Part shown: positions 26,469-37,377 of the stretch, piece after piece
Numbering within the stretch: the first letter of the stretch is position 1
How the letters are laid out: each line of letters opens with the position of its first letter
From: a virus
Taxonomy: Duplodnaviria; Caudoviricetes
Strand: one strand, 5' to 3'
IMG/VR virus record: IMGVR_UViG_3300031687_000009
Coordinates: 1-63,924 of that record
Length of the DNA stretch: 63,924 bases
The notes under the pieces: generated by a model
Database searches by the model: none
Seen by the model: the letters and a program-made list of their open reading frames with translations, nothing else
What the model was told of the DNA's origin: nothing
Made by a program: the position numbers and the translations under genes

Positions 26469-27404
26469 TTAATGTTTAATCCACTTGGCTTTATTTCTAA
26501 ATATCTGAGTCATTTCATCTAACTTCATATTTGAAATTCTTATTTTTGCATTTCTGGTTTTAGCAGCAGCTTCTTGTCTATATAATTGAGCTGCTCCAGC
26601 TGCAGAAGGTCTTAATTTACATAAATTATAAAGTATAGTAGACATTACAGCATCTTCTGCCATTTTAGGCACTAAAACATTGTCAAAATCTCCATTTTCA
26701 CCTAAACCGTCAGATATATAATTTAATGTAACATAAGTATCTTGAGGTATTGATGTTGGAAAATATATTTGACCGGCGTTTAGATCTAATACAAAATTAC
26801 CATTAGTATTTGCATATTGTGGATCTAATCCATATCTTCTACCATAATAACCAAATGAATTTTGCGCATCAAAAAATCCATAATAATAATTACTAGCTGT
26901 TTCGGCTGCTGCTTCAACAGACTGCTGCGATTTAGATTGATATCTGTCTATTGTTTCAGATGTTTCTGCAAATACAATGTTACCCTCATTATCGTATAAA
27001 TAATGATAATTATTATCTTGAGCAACACCTTGGTTTGCTCTAGTTGCTGTGCTTGGAAGCATTGTTCTCATAACACCCGTAACATCAGTCCATTGTACAC
27101 TTATGTAATTTACATAATCAGAAGGAAGTGACATTTGTCGCATTGAATTCAATTGTATTTCTAATGCTTTTTCTGAATGAAAAGTATCATAACTAAATTC
27201 TTGTACAGCTCTTTGAGCCCAAAAGGCAACTTCATATCTAGGTATTTTTGTAAGAACTTTACCATCACCAATATAAGCAACAATAAAATTGTTTATTATA
27301 TCATTTAAATTTGTTCTCCTGTAATATCCAGGGACTGCCAATCCATTACCACCATCTAATGCGGAATAATTATCTACGTCTAAAGGTCTTCTTGATATTG
27401 CCAT
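26469..27404 (-). CDS. Tail ring/adaptor protein (crAss-like)
   Basis: LPSDYVNY, Y.SDG and NAKIR.S..K..E motifs; position upstream of the muzzle gene. Confidence 0.7.
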   Translation of the reverse strand: MAISRRPLDVDNYSALDGGNGLAVPGYYRRTNLNDIINNFIVAYIGDGKVLTKIPRYEVAFWAQRAVQEFSYDTFHSEKALEIQLNSMRQMSLPSDYVNYISVQWTDVTGVMRTMLPSTATRANQGVAQDNNYHYLYDNEGNIVFAETSETIDRYQSKSQQSVEAAAETASNYYYGFFDAQNSFGYYGRRYGLDPQYANTNGNFVLDLNAGQIYFPTSIPQDTYVTLNYISDGLGENGDFDNVLVPKMAEDAVMSTILYNLCKLRPSAAGAAQLYRQEAAAKTRNAKIRISNMKLDEMTQIFRNKAKWIKH

Positions 27405-28120
27405 TATTGTTCAGTTGCTGCGTTTTGTTGTTCTTTGCTTTGTGCGAATCCTGCTACGTCTGCTTGTTTTATAACTACTCCAGCATAATTCAATATACTT
27501 ACAACTAAATTATTTTCTTCAGATGGGTGTAATTCAAAATTATAAGACTTAGCTGGAGTATCATAACTATCTGTTGCAGGATCAAATAAAGTTGAATCGT
27601 AATAAGGTACAGTACCTTGAAGTACATAACCCCATTTAGGTCTAACTGGTTGTTTTAAATAATCTAAACTTACGCCATCTGTAACTGTTGAAGGATAAAT
27701 AACCACGCCTGAACTTGTTAAAGTATAAACTGGTTGAGTTTTTACAGGTGCTGTTAATGGAGATAGATTTATATATTTAATCTCTTCATTAGAAGCTCTA
27801 TCTGCAACAGAATTACCTACAGAAACTACACCAACTCTATATAAATCTGCAGGATATGTAAACTCTTTATCTAACTTTGTTAACGTAGTATTTTTATAAA
27901 AAACACTTATTTTTTCTGCTAAGTATTGGTTTGGGTCTGAAAAATCACTAGTTAAAAATGCATTTAATTCATAACCAGCTTCTCTCATGAAATAACTAGC
28001 AAATATTTCATTTTGTGCTTGCTCAGCTAATCTATTAAATTCAGCCGGTGTTATATAACCTCTATGATCCTTGTTTGTTATAACAAGAACTGTCTGGTAT
28101 ACATTATTTATATTAACCAT
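27404..28120 (-). CDS. Tail ring/head-tail adaptor protein (crAss-like)
   Basis: NK..RGYITPAEFN..A..AQ.EIF and P.WGY motifs; position in the structural block. Confidence 0.7.
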   Translation of the reverse strand: MVNINNVYQTVLVITNKDHRGYITPAEFNRLAEQAQNEIFASYFMREAGYELNAFLTSDFSDPNQYLAEKISVFYKNTTLTKLDKEFTYPADLYRVGVVSVGNSVADRASNEEIKYINLSPLTAPVKTQPVYTLTSSGVVIYPSTVTDGVSLDYLKQPVRPKWGYVLQGTVPYYDSTLFDPATDSYDTPAKSYNFELHPSEENNLVVSILNYAGVVIKQADVAGFAQSKEQQNAATEQ

Positions 28121-28147
28121 GTATCTATGTTTGTTATTTATTTAGTA

Positions 28148-28176
28148 GGTATAAGGTTGATTTCTCACCTTATACC
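28148..28176. other. Intergenic stem-loop
   Basis: GGTATAAGG-tTGA-tttc-TCA-CCTTATACC inverted repeat with no U tract. Confidence 0.55.
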
Positions 28177-28184
28177 AAGTTAAG

Positions 28185-28949
28185 CTATGAAAGCTTTTTA
28201 GTTATTGACTTCATTAAATTTATACCTTCATCTGTTTTAAAATATTGAGATAAAGCAGCATAAGGATGTTGGTCAAAAGGAATTGTCATTACTTTTTTAC
28301 CATTACTTAATTTAAAAACTGTATTATCATCTGTAAGTTGTAATATACCAGTTTCAACAGCTCTGTTAGCTAAGTTTCTTAATTTTATATCTTCGTCTTC
28401 AGACAATTCTATAAATAAATCAGGCTCTTGTCTAGCAAATCTGTAAGCATCTCTTTTTAATTCTTTAGAAGACATTGTAGAAACACTTGAACCTAATTCT
28501 GTTCTCATTATTGCTTCTAAATGTTCTATATCTAAAGATTGAACTAAGTTTAATGCTATAAGTTCGTTTTCTACATTTTCAACTTCGTCATTAGCTATTA
28601 AAACATCATCAATTTCTTCCCATAATTTATTTGGATGATAAATTGATAATAATTTTTGAGTATTTGGATCTTCTTTTGGAACGTATAAAGCTCCATCTTC
28701 AAAAATAATATGAGATAAAGTAGAAAAACCATCTTGTTCATCAACAAAAACTGATTTTTGATTTGATGCTAATCTTATTTCTCTATTTAACTTTTTATCA
28801 TCATCCCAATAAAGCAAAGGCTTTCTAGGCGTATGTCTTGTTTGTATAGTGTATGTAAGAGGCGCTATTTCGCCTTTTAATAGATAAGTTCTATCTTTAT
28901 ATTCCCATTTTTTTTCAATGGTAGTTGTTTGTTTTCTTGTTGCATTCAT
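28185..28949 (-). CDS. Conserved protein downstream of the major capsid gene
   Basis: 254-aa ORF occupying the slot that follows the capsid gene in crAss-like phages. Confidence 0.6.
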   Translation of the reverse strand: MNATRKQTTTIEKKWEYKDRTYLLKGEIAPLTYTIQTRHTPRKPLLYWDDDKKLNREIRLASNQKSVFVDEQDGFSTLSHIIFEDGALYVPKEDPNTQKLLSIYHPNKLWEEIDDVLIANDEVENVENELIALNLVQSLDIEHLEAIMRTELGSSVSTMSSKELKRDAYRFARQEPDLFIELSEDEDIKLRNLANRAVETGILQLTDDNTVFKLSNGKKVMTIPFDQHPYAALSQYFKTDEGINLMKSITKKLS

Positions 28950-28970
28950 AATTAAATAATATATAATAAG

Positions 28971-28997
28971 AATACTGAGCCCCGAAGGGCTCGTATC
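28971..28997 (-). terminator. Terminator-like hairpin after the capsid gene (cUUCGg tetraloop)
   Basis: On the minus strand GATAC-GAGCCC-TTCG-GGGCTC-A-GTATT followed by CTTATT. Confidence 0.7.
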
Positions 28998-29012
28998 CTA
29001 TAGTTAAAAAAA

Positions 29013-30575
29013 TTAAGCTTTGAATAATACAAAATTATTCGCTGCTTGGGTAATAAGGCATCTTTCACTTAAGTAAGATATTCTCATTTCATCAATATCA
29101 GTTGTAGGACTTGAAGTTCCAACAGATCCTGTAATCCAAGATTTATTTTTTCTGTTTTCAGTTTCAGAAGACCTGTAACGAATATGTAAAAATGGTCTCT
29201 TGATGTTTTGACCTAATTGTTGGTCGTAAACAGTAGAAGTACCTGCTGGTACTAATACACCTTCAACATCTCCAAAACCTCCACGAGTTGACCAATCATT
29301 AAGATATTTCCAGTCAGTTTTGTAAAAGTCATAAGAACCTCTACGGTAACCAGTAAATCCTAAATTAAGAGCCATATCTTCGCTGTTATTAAATACTCCA
29401 AAAGAAGTACCACCAGCATAAGCTCCATTTTGTTGAGCAAGAATATCGTCAATTTCTAAAGATAAATCTCTATTTAAAAACATCATATTCTCTTCAATAG
29501 CACCTTGCTTATCTAATTGCTTAAGAACTGCATCAAAATCAGTTAACGCACCACCACCGGTAGCTTGTGCTCCAAATCCTGCATAAACATTTCCTCTTGC
29601 TTCTAAAGCAGCAAAGAAACCTTCAGTACCTTTAGCATTTTGATTAGTACCTCCAACTGTTATCGAGCTAGCACCTGCAGTATAACCTAAAGCTATTCCG
29701 TTAGCACCTGCTTGACCACCTGTTTTTACTACACCTTCTACCATAGACATTTCTAAGTAATCTTCCCAACGAAGTCTTACTTCATGTTCTGCTTTCATGT
29801 ACCATAAATATCCATTAGCTCCATTTTCAGAAGTAACTTCAATCCATCCAATCTGAGCTGTGTCAGATCCATTAATAGCATAGTTATCTTTTAAGATAAT
29901 TGGTGAATTATTAAACGTAGCATAACTAGGATTTAAAGATTCTGTAAAAGTACCTGTACCTTTAGCAAATTCATTACCATATGCAACTACAGTTACTCTA
30001 GCAGCTGCTGCTACACCTGTATGAGCAACATAACATTTGATCTGAAAGTTTTGTGCTGCAACTGCAGTAACAACACCTTTGATAACTGCTCCAGTACCTC
30101 CAACTGCTGATGCAACTCCCGTTTGAACTTGAACCATCACTGTTGCGCCTGTTCTAAAGTTTACAGGTTCTGTTTTGTCTGTAGTAGTTCCTGTACTTCT
30201 TGGTTGTGCAATTGGTACACTAAAATTAAGTACCGTACCTGATGCGCCTGCTGCAATTGCTCCTTGCGCTGCTCCACCTGGTAAAGCTGCTTGATTTCCT
30301 AAAGGAACCACATTTGCATAACGAGTATGTAAACGTCCTTGTTCTGTCCATATAATTTGATCTGAAGTTGATGGCATCTCTGCTGATACCATACGTAAGA
30401 AAGATCCGATAGAACGATTTCCGTAACGTTCTACTTCTTTTTCATACACATCTGGTAAAAATTGTTGACCCCATTGTTCAAATCCTGCTGCGGTGAAATC
30501 TATATAGTTTCCTCCGTACATTGTTTTCGACTGCGTTGGTTGTAACGCTGCCGGTATTCCTGCTGTAAAAGCCAT
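29013..30575 (-). CDS. Major capsid protein (HK97 fold, crAss-like)
   Basis: QQFLPD.YEKE.ERYGNR, W.EQGRLH, GF..FRRGSYDFYKTDWKYLND-type and LSERCL motifs; follows portal and scaffold genes; strong downstream hairpin. Confidence 0.85.
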   Translation of the reverse strand: MAFTAGIPAALQPTQSKTMYGGNYIDFTAAGFEQWGQQFLPDVYEKEVERYGNRSIGSFLRMVSAEMPSTSDQIIWTEQGRLHTRYANVVPLGNQAALPGGAAQGAIAAGASGTVLNFSVPIAQPRSTGTTTDKTEPVNFRTGATVMVQVQTGVASAVGGTGAVIKGVVTAVAAQNFQIKCYVAHTGVAAAARVTVVAYGNEFAKGTGTFTESLNPSYATFNNSPIILKDNYAINGSDTAQIGWIEVTSENGANGYLWYMKAEHEVRLRWEDYLEMSMVEGVVKTGGQAGANGIALGYTAGASSITVGGTNQNAKGTEGFFAALEARGNVYAGFGAQATGGGALTDFDAVLKQLDKQGAIEENMMFLNRDLSLEIDDILAQQNGAYAGGTSFGVFNNSEDMALNLGFTGYRRGSYDFYKTDWKYLNDWSTRGGFGDVEGVLVPAGTSTVYDQQLGQNIKRPFLHIRYRSSETENRKNKSWITGSVGTSSPTTDIDEMRISYLSERCLITQAANNFVLFKA

Positions 30576-30600
30576 TTGTCTTGATTTTAAAAATTATTGT

Positions 30601-31848
30601 TTATTTCCATTTAATTCGCAATTTTGAAGAATCATTACCGGATACAACTTTAACTTTTTGACCATTTGAATTTATAACACTAGTATTATCTGCTCTAGGG
30701 GACATATCAATGTTTTTAGATAATTTAGCTTGCTCTTTTATGGCGTCGGCACGGCCTTGATCATAAAAATGAGTAGCTATTTTATCTGCATTTCGTCCTG
30801 CAAATAATGCTTTGTGATATCCTTTGACATTATTAACTTTACCATCTTTTGAAAAATATTCAAAAGCAAAGTTATCAATATCGGATTGAAATTCTTTAAC
30901 GTCATTAGGATTTTCTACCTTAAACCTGTACTTGCTTTTTCCAACGCTAAAATCAAAACCTTTGAAATCGTCTGAAAAAACATCATTTGTTTTATTTAAA
31001 AAATCTTCGTGTATCTTTTTATTTTCTTCTTGAATTTGCTTTTGAGTATTATGATATTCATAAGCTTCTTTATATTCAGGAGCAATATCATTTTGCTTAC
31101 TTAACTTAAGATCAGCATAATATTGTTCTTTACTTGTTTTAAAGTGCTTTTGAGCATTATATAACTCTTCTTTAAAAGCTAATTGCTTAGCTTTAACTTC
31201 TGACGGATCGTCCGCGTCCTCATCATACCCAAAATTTTTGCCCAATAAAAATTCGACATCACTTGAGTCTAGATGTGGTTTTGTTTTATTATAATATTCT
31301 CTAAGTAAAGATGTATTATCATATTTACTTATATCTTTATTTAGTTCTACAAAGTCTGAAACAGTACCACCTGTTTCTTCCATAAAACTAACTAGTTTAT
31401 CTATATTTTCAGGAAGAACTCTTGCATCCTCTTTTGGTTCTTCTTTTTGAAGTTTTACTTCTTCTTTTTTTGGTTCTTCAATTGTAGTTTCATCTTCAAC
31501 TATTAATTCTAAAGGACCACTTGTTTCTGCTACTTCTTCTTGTTTTGTTTCAGTATTTTTTTCACTGGATTTGACCCGTACTTTTTCGACCACTTCTTTG
31601 CTATCTCCGGTTCGTTCGCCCACAGGTATTTCCTTTGTTTTTCGCTCTTGAATGGCATCTTTTTCTTTTGTATTAGGATCTTTGTCTAAATCTATTTTAA
31701 AAACACCATCGTCTTGTAGCCCATACTGAGCATCAACTTCACCAGACTCTATAGCTTTTTCTAAAACTTGTACTTCTTTTTCTTGTGATGTAGGCGATGG
31801 ATCTGTATTATCAACCGCCTTTACTGTTACTTTTTCTTGTTCTTCCAT
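30601..31848 (-). CDS. Putative capsid scaffolding/assembly protein
   Basis: Acidic disordered N-terminus and helical C-terminus; lies between portal and capsid genes. Confidence 0.6.
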   Translation of the reverse strand: MEEQEKVTVKAVDNTDPSPTSQEKEVQVLEKAIESGEVDAQYGLQDDGVFKIDLDKDPNTKEKDAIQERKTKEIPVGERTGDSKEVVEKVRVKSSEKNTETKQEEVAETSGPLELIVEDETTIEEPKKEEVKLQKEEPKEDARVLPENIDKLVSFMEETGGTVSDFVELNKDISKYDNTSLLREYYNKTKPHLDSSDVEFLLGKNFGYDEDADDPSEVKAKQLAFKEELYNAQKHFKTSKEQYYADLKLSKQNDIAPEYKEAYEYHNTQKQIQEENKKIHEDFLNKTNDVFSDDFKGFDFSVGKSKYRFKVENPNDVKEFQSDIDNFAFEYFSKDGKVNNVKGYHKALFAGRNADKIATHFYDQGRADAIKEQAKLSKNIDMSPRADNTSVINSNGQKVKVVSGNDSSKLRIKWK

Positions 31849-31879
31849 AATTATATATAATAAAATATTTATTTTTTAT

Positions 31880-34345
31880 TTATTTAGGCGAAAACCTAGA
31901 TAAATCAAATCCTCCTAAAACATCATTACCTTTTGATTCAAATGATTTTTTAGTTTTTCCTGAAGATGGCGGTCCCGTTATTGAACTTGCTGATATTTTA
32001 GCAGCCTCTCTTTCGTTAGCTCCAGATTCTTTCATGCTGGATAATTGCATGGCATTTTCATTATTAGCTTGAGCTAATTCTTTTTGAGCTCTTAATTCTA
32101 AATCTTTTAATTTAACATTAAGTTCATACTCATATTGCATTAATTCTCTTTTAGTAGAAGCTTCTACCTCTAGTTTTTTAATTTCAAATCCAACATCGGC
32201 TTGTCTATATTGTATTTTTGATTCAGTTTTAATTTGCTCTGCTTGAGCTTTAGCTTCTTCTATTTGTACTTGAGCTTGACCTTGAGCTTTGGCTTGTGCA
32301 ACACTCGCTGCTTGAGCAGTTTGTTGATCCATGCCTTGCTTTCTAATTCTTCTTATCTTTAATAATTGATTAGCTAATTTTAAATTTTTAACTTCTCTTA
32401 TATCGATAGCATCTTCTAAATTTATACTATCTCTTGACAAAGCCATTTGTATATTAGCTTCTAATAAAGATTTTTCTTCTTCATCTGGCATTAATTCTAA
32501 AAATATTCCAAAATCATGCAAATGTAAATTTTTCATTTCCTCTAAAGAACCAACTGAAAATTGGCCTAAAGCTCCTATAAAAGCTTCTTTAGTTGGATGA
32601 AATTCTAGAACATCTTTAAATCTTAAACAAATAGCCTCAGCTAAAGCTAAAGTTATATACATGCTAGAACTTAATATATGTCTAGTTGCAGTGTTGCTAT
32701 TTGCAGCTGCTAATTTTTGAACACCTACAAGCGCATTTGGATCTGGATCAGAACCGTCTCTAGCTTCATTTAATCCAGTAACATCACGCATCATCTGTAT
32801 GTATTGATTATATGCGCCAACTAAAACTTGAATTTGACCACCGCCACTTCCTGGTAATTCTTGTATAGGTACTTTACCTGGATTTGGATTACCTTCTACC
32901 GTTAAAGATCTACCTATAATAGAACCTGTTGAAAAGTACATATTAAGAGCTTCTTGAGCATTATAACTGCTTCCGTTACCTAAATCTACCTCAGCTAAAC
33001 CATCTGCATCTATAAATACACCTGAAGGTGTCATTCTTTGTATGGCTTGCTGTAGTTTTAAATGAGTTAATTGAACTAAATCAGCGTAAGGGCACATTTT
33101 AGAAACAATAGATGTTATGTTTCCTTTGTACATTCTTGGAGCTGAAACAGTATAATTCATTACAACTTTATTTGTATTAGAAGATGGACGAATCATATTC
33201 GTAGCTTTTTCCCATTTTAATAAAGTATCTGTACCTAAAACATAAGCACCTTCATACACAACTTCTCTAGCTGTAGCAACTCTTTCGAATCTTGTGCTTT
33301 TATCCTGAGGAGGATTAAATTCATCTGATTTAGCTATAGCTCTTTCTGCTCCAGTAGATGTTTCTTTTATTTTATAAACATTATTTTCCCATGTTTTCCA
33401 ATTAAAATATAAAAGTGTTACAGTGTTATTGTTATCAATATCACCTTGACCACGAGCTTGACTTGAAAAATCTGAATTATTATCAACCCAACTTGATCCT
33501 TTTCTAGTTAACTCAGACATTTCTTCGTCACTTATGCTAGGAAATTGTTTTTTTAATTCATTTACAGGCAATCTTTTAACTTCGCCAAAATAATAACAAT
33601 CTTCAAAATTAGGATCTTCAGTATAAGACCATATTAAATTAGCTGGATCTACATAATCTAATTTTATTCCATCAGTATTATTAAAGGTATTTTTAACAGC
33701 ACCTATTCCTAATACAGTTAAATCATAATCAAACCTTTTCTTTATTTGTGGAAATTTGTTTGTTAAGAAAACATTATTTATAGCTTGTTCTTCTGCTATT
33801 TCAATGCCTTGCTTATAACCAAGTTGCATGTATAACTCTAATTCCTCTGTATTTGATGGTAAATCTTCTTCGGGTACATTTCTAGCATTTACACCTAATT
33901 GAGTCTCAATGCTTTTAAGTAAACCTTGCGCATTAATATCTCTTTGAACGTCATTAACAAATTTAGTTCTTTTTCCAGTTGAAACAGGATCTTGAGCAAA
34001 AGCTTTAATATCAAACAATCTATCTTGCATTCCATTTACAACTATATCTACAAATTTAGGTATAATAGGAACTGGTTTCCAATCTAAATTTAAATAAGAA
34101 AGATCGCCATTTACAGCAAATTCATCTTTGTATTTTCTAATAGATTGCTCACCTCTAGCATATAATCTAAGTCTATGAAATTCATCTCTAGTTTGAAAAT
34201 ACATTCCTGGTCCACTGTCTCTATTGAACCACTCTTGCTCAATAGCACGAGATACTGATAAACCATATTCCCTTGACATTTTTTCTTTATCTGAGACTGA
34301 TTGACTCGGAAATTGTGTAGGAAATTGTCCTGTAGTTATTGCCAT
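31880..34345 (-). CDS. Portal protein
   Basis: 821 aa directly after TerL; LDW.PVPIIPKFVDIVVNG and RDVTG.NEARDG motifs; coiled-coil C-terminus. Confidence 0.85.
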   Translation of the reverse strand: MAITTGQFPTQFPSQSVSDKEKMSREYGLSVSRAIEQEWFNRDSGPGMYFQTRDEFHRLRLYARGEQSIRKYKDEFAVNGDLSYLNLDWKPVPIIPKFVDIVVNGMQDRLFDIKAFAQDPVSTGKRTKFVNDVQRDINAQGLLKSIETQLGVNARNVPEEDLPSNTEELELYMQLGYKQGIEIAEEQAINNVFLTNKFPQIKKRFDYDLTVLGIGAVKNTFNNTDGIKLDYVDPANLIWSYTEDPNFEDCYYFGEVKRLPVNELKKQFPSISDEEMSELTRKGSSWVDNNSDFSSQARGQGDIDNNNTVTLLYFNWKTWENNVYKIKETSTGAERAIAKSDEFNPPQDKSTRFERVATAREVVYEGAYVLGTDTLLKWEKATNMIRPSSNTNKVVMNYTVSAPRMYKGNITSIVSKMCPYADLVQLTHLKLQQAIQRMTPSGVFIDADGLAEVDLGNGSSYNAQEALNMYFSTGSIIGRSLTVEGNPNPGKVPIQELPGSGGGQIQVLVGAYNQYIQMMRDVTGLNEARDGSDPDPNALVGVQKLAAANSNTATRHILSSSMYITLALAEAICLRFKDVLEFHPTKEAFIGALGQFSVGSLEEMKNLHLHDFGIFLELMPDEEEKSLLEANIQMALSRDSINLEDAIDIREVKNLKLANQLLKIRRIRKQGMDQQTAQAASVAQAKAQGQAQVQIEEAKAQAEQIKTESKIQYRQADVGFEIKKLEVEASTKRELMQYEYELNVKLKDLELRAQKELAQANNENAMQLSSMKESGANEREAAKISASSITGPPSSGKTKKSFESKGNDVLGGFDLSRFSPK

Positions 34346-34347
34346 AT

Positions 34348-36579
34348 TTATTTTATTATCTCACTCATTGATCCGCCATTTTTATACTTTGCAAATCCAA
34401 AATCAATTTTTCTTGTTATTCTTTGTGCATTAGGTCTATACATATGTTTTCTACAAGCCATTATAGCTAAACCGCTACTTATTGAAGCATCGTAAGCTGT
34501 TCTTTTTGATATATCAAATTTAGCCCAATCTTCTAATGTTCTTTGAAAAAACATATTACCATGACTTTCTTCATTACTACCTACATATTCTTCTATGTAA
34601 GATTCTATAGCTGCAGCATGTGCTTGTTTTATGTCTTCAGATGTATTAGGTATGCCACCTAATTCTACTTCTGTTTTTGATAAATTACCAAGAAGTTTAT
34701 CTGGTCTATTCATAGACATACCTCTGTAACCTCTTCTTTTAAAATGATATAATAATCTTGGTTTATTATTTTCAGCTAGTATTGGCATTCCATAAAATAT
34801 ACAAGCCATTAAAACTTCTTCAAAAAATATTTCAGCAGTTTGTGGTCTAGCAACATATTCTAAAAAAAACTTACTATTAGGAACATCATTTATCATTGAA
34901 AACGTTGTTAACCCGTGCAATGCTCCATTTGATCCGCCACCGCCTACTGTACCTGATATATCATAAGAATCACAGCCAAAAGCGCCTAATCCATCATTAC
35001 CAGGATATTTAATACCATTTTTATTTATAACATTATTTTGTAATTCATCTGGTGGTATCCAAGATACCTTAAATCTACCATTAGCAGTAGGTACCCAAAT
35101 AACCTTTGTGTCTTTTATTCCATTTTTCCAAGCAAATGTTCCTCGAATAACATAACCCTTAATGGTCATCTCTTCGTTAAAATCAATTTGTTGATATATT
35201 TTTGTTAGATTAAATAACGAATTAATTGTTTCATCTCTAAACGCATGTTTTTCTGATCTTGGAAATTGTCTGTAATACTCATTTAAAGCATCACTATCGT
35301 TTTTTAAACCATCAACCTCATTGTCCCAGTGTTCAATAACGCCCGAATAGATTTTTTCGCCATCAATTCCTTCAACCTCATTTGATGGAGTTTCGAAGAC
35401 AGGATAGCCGAACTTATCAATAAATCCTTCGTAACCCCATTCCATAGGCAAGAACAAAGAATATAATCCACTTGAAGTCTGGCCATTTTTATTTCTATTG
35501 TTGACATCTGAATTGTAATATAATTTTTTAAAATTATCTCCTCCTTTTGCTAAAGCATTAGAAGTAGATCCCATCATACATTTTCCAACTATTTTTGATC
35601 CGAGCCTGAGGCAGGTTTTCGTGACCCTCCAGTTGTTGAGGATATTGTCGGGCCTCTCCCATTTACCCGATTCGTCGTGAACGAGGAGTTGTAATTTCTC
35701 CCCATCGTACGAGTTGTCTCCTGTGTTCTTCCAATCGATTGTTGTATCGAGCCCTTCTCCAAGTTTTTCTTCTTGATTGGTTTTCTGTAAGGAATTTCTG
35801 GTAAGTCTTCTTGATGGTATTTTATAGGATAATTCTGTTTTGGGACGTTCCATACCGTCCTGTATTGGTTTGAAAAAGAATGGATAGTTGATGCTAATGG
35901 GTACAACTTTGTCTGTGAACATTTTTTTAGCATCTGCTCCACTCTTAGATAAGATCCCAAACCTAGAGTCTTTTGAAGTTGTAGCTTGGTTAACGGATTC
36001 AGATGATGCCATGAAAGAAAATCCAGACCTTCTGTTCTTAAGGTAGCACATCCCATAAGACCTCTTGTCAGCCTTGCATGCCTCCCAAAAGTAGTAAAAT
36101 ATTCTGTTTGCCTGCCTGAAATCAGGCGATCCAACGTCGATCTTTGTCCAAGTGAGATATACATAGTGCGATCCTGTAATGTAGTTCGCGGAACCGTTGC
36201 ACATGAACCAATAACCATCGTTACGATAATTAAATTCAGCATCAATATATGGGTAATATTGTTCTTTATCTTTTTCATTAACTTCCTTAAAATCATAAAT
36301 AGTTTTTATTTTAATTAAAGAATTAGGTTTATTACGAATTTTAAAATATTGATTTTCTACTTTTAAATCTTCTCCATTTACTTTTTCTGGAGTTTTAGGT
36401 ATAGCTACCTTAAGACCTTGTATTTCATATATATCACCTATAGTTCCATCTTTACTTATAACAACACAATCTAAATCTTGATTATATCCATAAGCAAATT
36501 TTTTATATCTGTTTAAATTCTTTACTTTTTTATCTAATAAATGATCAGTAAGAACTTTATATAACGTTTGTTTATACAT
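34348..36579 (-). CDS. Terminase large subunit
   Basis: Walker A variant LKNRRSGFS, Walker B LLVHDESGK, MGST motif; nuclease domain GCDSYD and ENN. Confidence 0.9.
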   Translation of the reverse strand: MYKQTLYKVLTDHLLDKKVKNLNRYKKFAYGYNQDLDCVVISKDGTIGDIYEIQGLKVAIPKTPEKVNGEDLKVENQYFKIRNKPNSLIKIKTIYDFKEVNEKDKEQYYPYIDAEFNYRNDGYWFMCNGSANYITGSHYVYLTWTKIDVGSPDFRQANRIFYYFWEACKADKRSYGMCYLKNRRSGFSFMASSESVNQATTSKDSRFGILSKSGADAKKMFTDKVVPISINYPFFFKPIQDGMERPKTELSYKIPSRRLTRNSLQKTNQEEKLGEGLDTTIDWKNTGDNSYDGEKLQLLVHDESGKWERPDNILNNWRVTKTCLRLGSKIVGKCMMGSTSNALAKGGDNFKKLYYNSDVNNRNKNGQTSSGLYSLFLPMEWGYEGFIDKFGYPVFETPSNEVEGIDGEKIYSGVIEHWDNEVDGLKNDSDALNEYYRQFPRSEKHAFRDETINSLFNLTKIYQQIDFNEEMTIKGYVIRGTFAWKNGIKDTKVIWVPTANGRFKVSWIPPDELQNNVINKNGIKYPGNDGLGAFGCDSYDISGTVGGGGSNGALHGLTTFSMINDVPNSKFFLEYVARPQTAEIFFEEVLMACIFYGMPILAENNKPRLLYHFKRRGYRGMSMNRPDKLLGNLSKTEVELGGIPNTSEDIKQAHAAAIESYIEEYVGSNEESHGNMFFQRTLEDWAKFDISKRTAYDASISSGLAIMACRKHMYRPNAQRITRKIDFGFAKYKNGGSMSEIIK

Positions 36580-36824
36580 TATTTTATTCTGTTTTCAACA
36601 CCAAAAAAAGCTTCTTTGTTTTCTTTAATATCTTTCGCACCTGAAAGTTCTTCTATTTTTTCTATTATCTTTAAAGAATCTTCTATAGCAACCCATTTGG
36701 CTTGAGCTGCTGTCTTTGCTTTTTCAGGATCTAGTTCAACTAAATCAATATTTTGTCTTATAACTTTTTCTAATTCAACTAATGCAACTTCAGATGCTTT
36801 AACTACTCTTTCTCTTCGATCCAT
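36579..36824 (-). CDS. Small helical protein, possible terminase small subunit
   Basis: Translationally coupled upstream of TerL. Confidence 0.45.
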   Translation of the reverse strand: MDRRERVVKASEVALVELEKVIRQNIDLVELDPEKAKTAAQAKWVAIEDSLKIIEKIEELSGAKDIKENKEAFFGVENRIK

Positions 36825-37377
36825 AATTAATTGTTATTTGATTTGATAAAATTCTATAAAGTTTTTGGCCGTCTATATTAAATTCATATTCTGAGTTTGG
36901 CGTAAACCCCACTACGTCTCCAGGGAACATCCCTAAAGAACTTAATATGTCATTGCTATATGTAAGTATGCCTTTTAAGTTTTCGTCTGTTTTAAGCGCC
37001 CATTCGTCATCTTTATAAATAGGTTTAACAAAACAATATTCAGGTAAACAATTCCATCCATCTTTATTTTTATAAGCAAAAACTTGATCAGGCATAACTG
37101 AATACATGTTTTCATCTAAATAACTAGCTGAATTTCTTTCTTCTCTATGGGCATCAAACCATCTTCTAAAAACATTGTGATGTAGTATAACTTCATCACC
37201 TTCTTTTATCAATGATTGTCCCGAAATAGGGCAACTAACAACAGTACCGATACGGTTAACAAAAATATGGTCACGTTCTGTAATTTCAGTATTAACAATT
37301 AATTCTTTTTCGTCGATTTTAATCGCATTATTATAGCGATTTTCAGTAGATATGATATAATTAAAAAGTGCTTGCAT
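36799..37377 (-). CDS. Tandem GroES-like co-chaperonin
   Basis: Two GroES-like units (G.VV..P...IKEGDEVI; FVKP...G......PGDVVGF...Y...IDG..LY). Confidence 0.6.
   Translation of the reverse strand: MQALFNYIISTENRYNNAIKIDEKELIVNTEITERDHIFVNRIGTVVSCPISGQSLIKEGDEVILHHNVFRRWFDAHREERNSASYLDENMYSVMPDQVFAYKNKDGWNCLPEYCFVKPIYKDDEWALKTDENLKGILTYSNDILSSLGMFPGDVVGFTPNSEYEFNIDGQKLYRILSNQITINYGSKRKSS

Noticed and set aside
35304-36296. Alternate-frame ORFs within TerL (235 aa, 67 aa), and similar shadow ORFs in the primase, RNR, GroEL, giant and fibre genes
   Set aside because: They are fully nested in well-supported genes, have no recognisable motifs, and are explained by codon bias.
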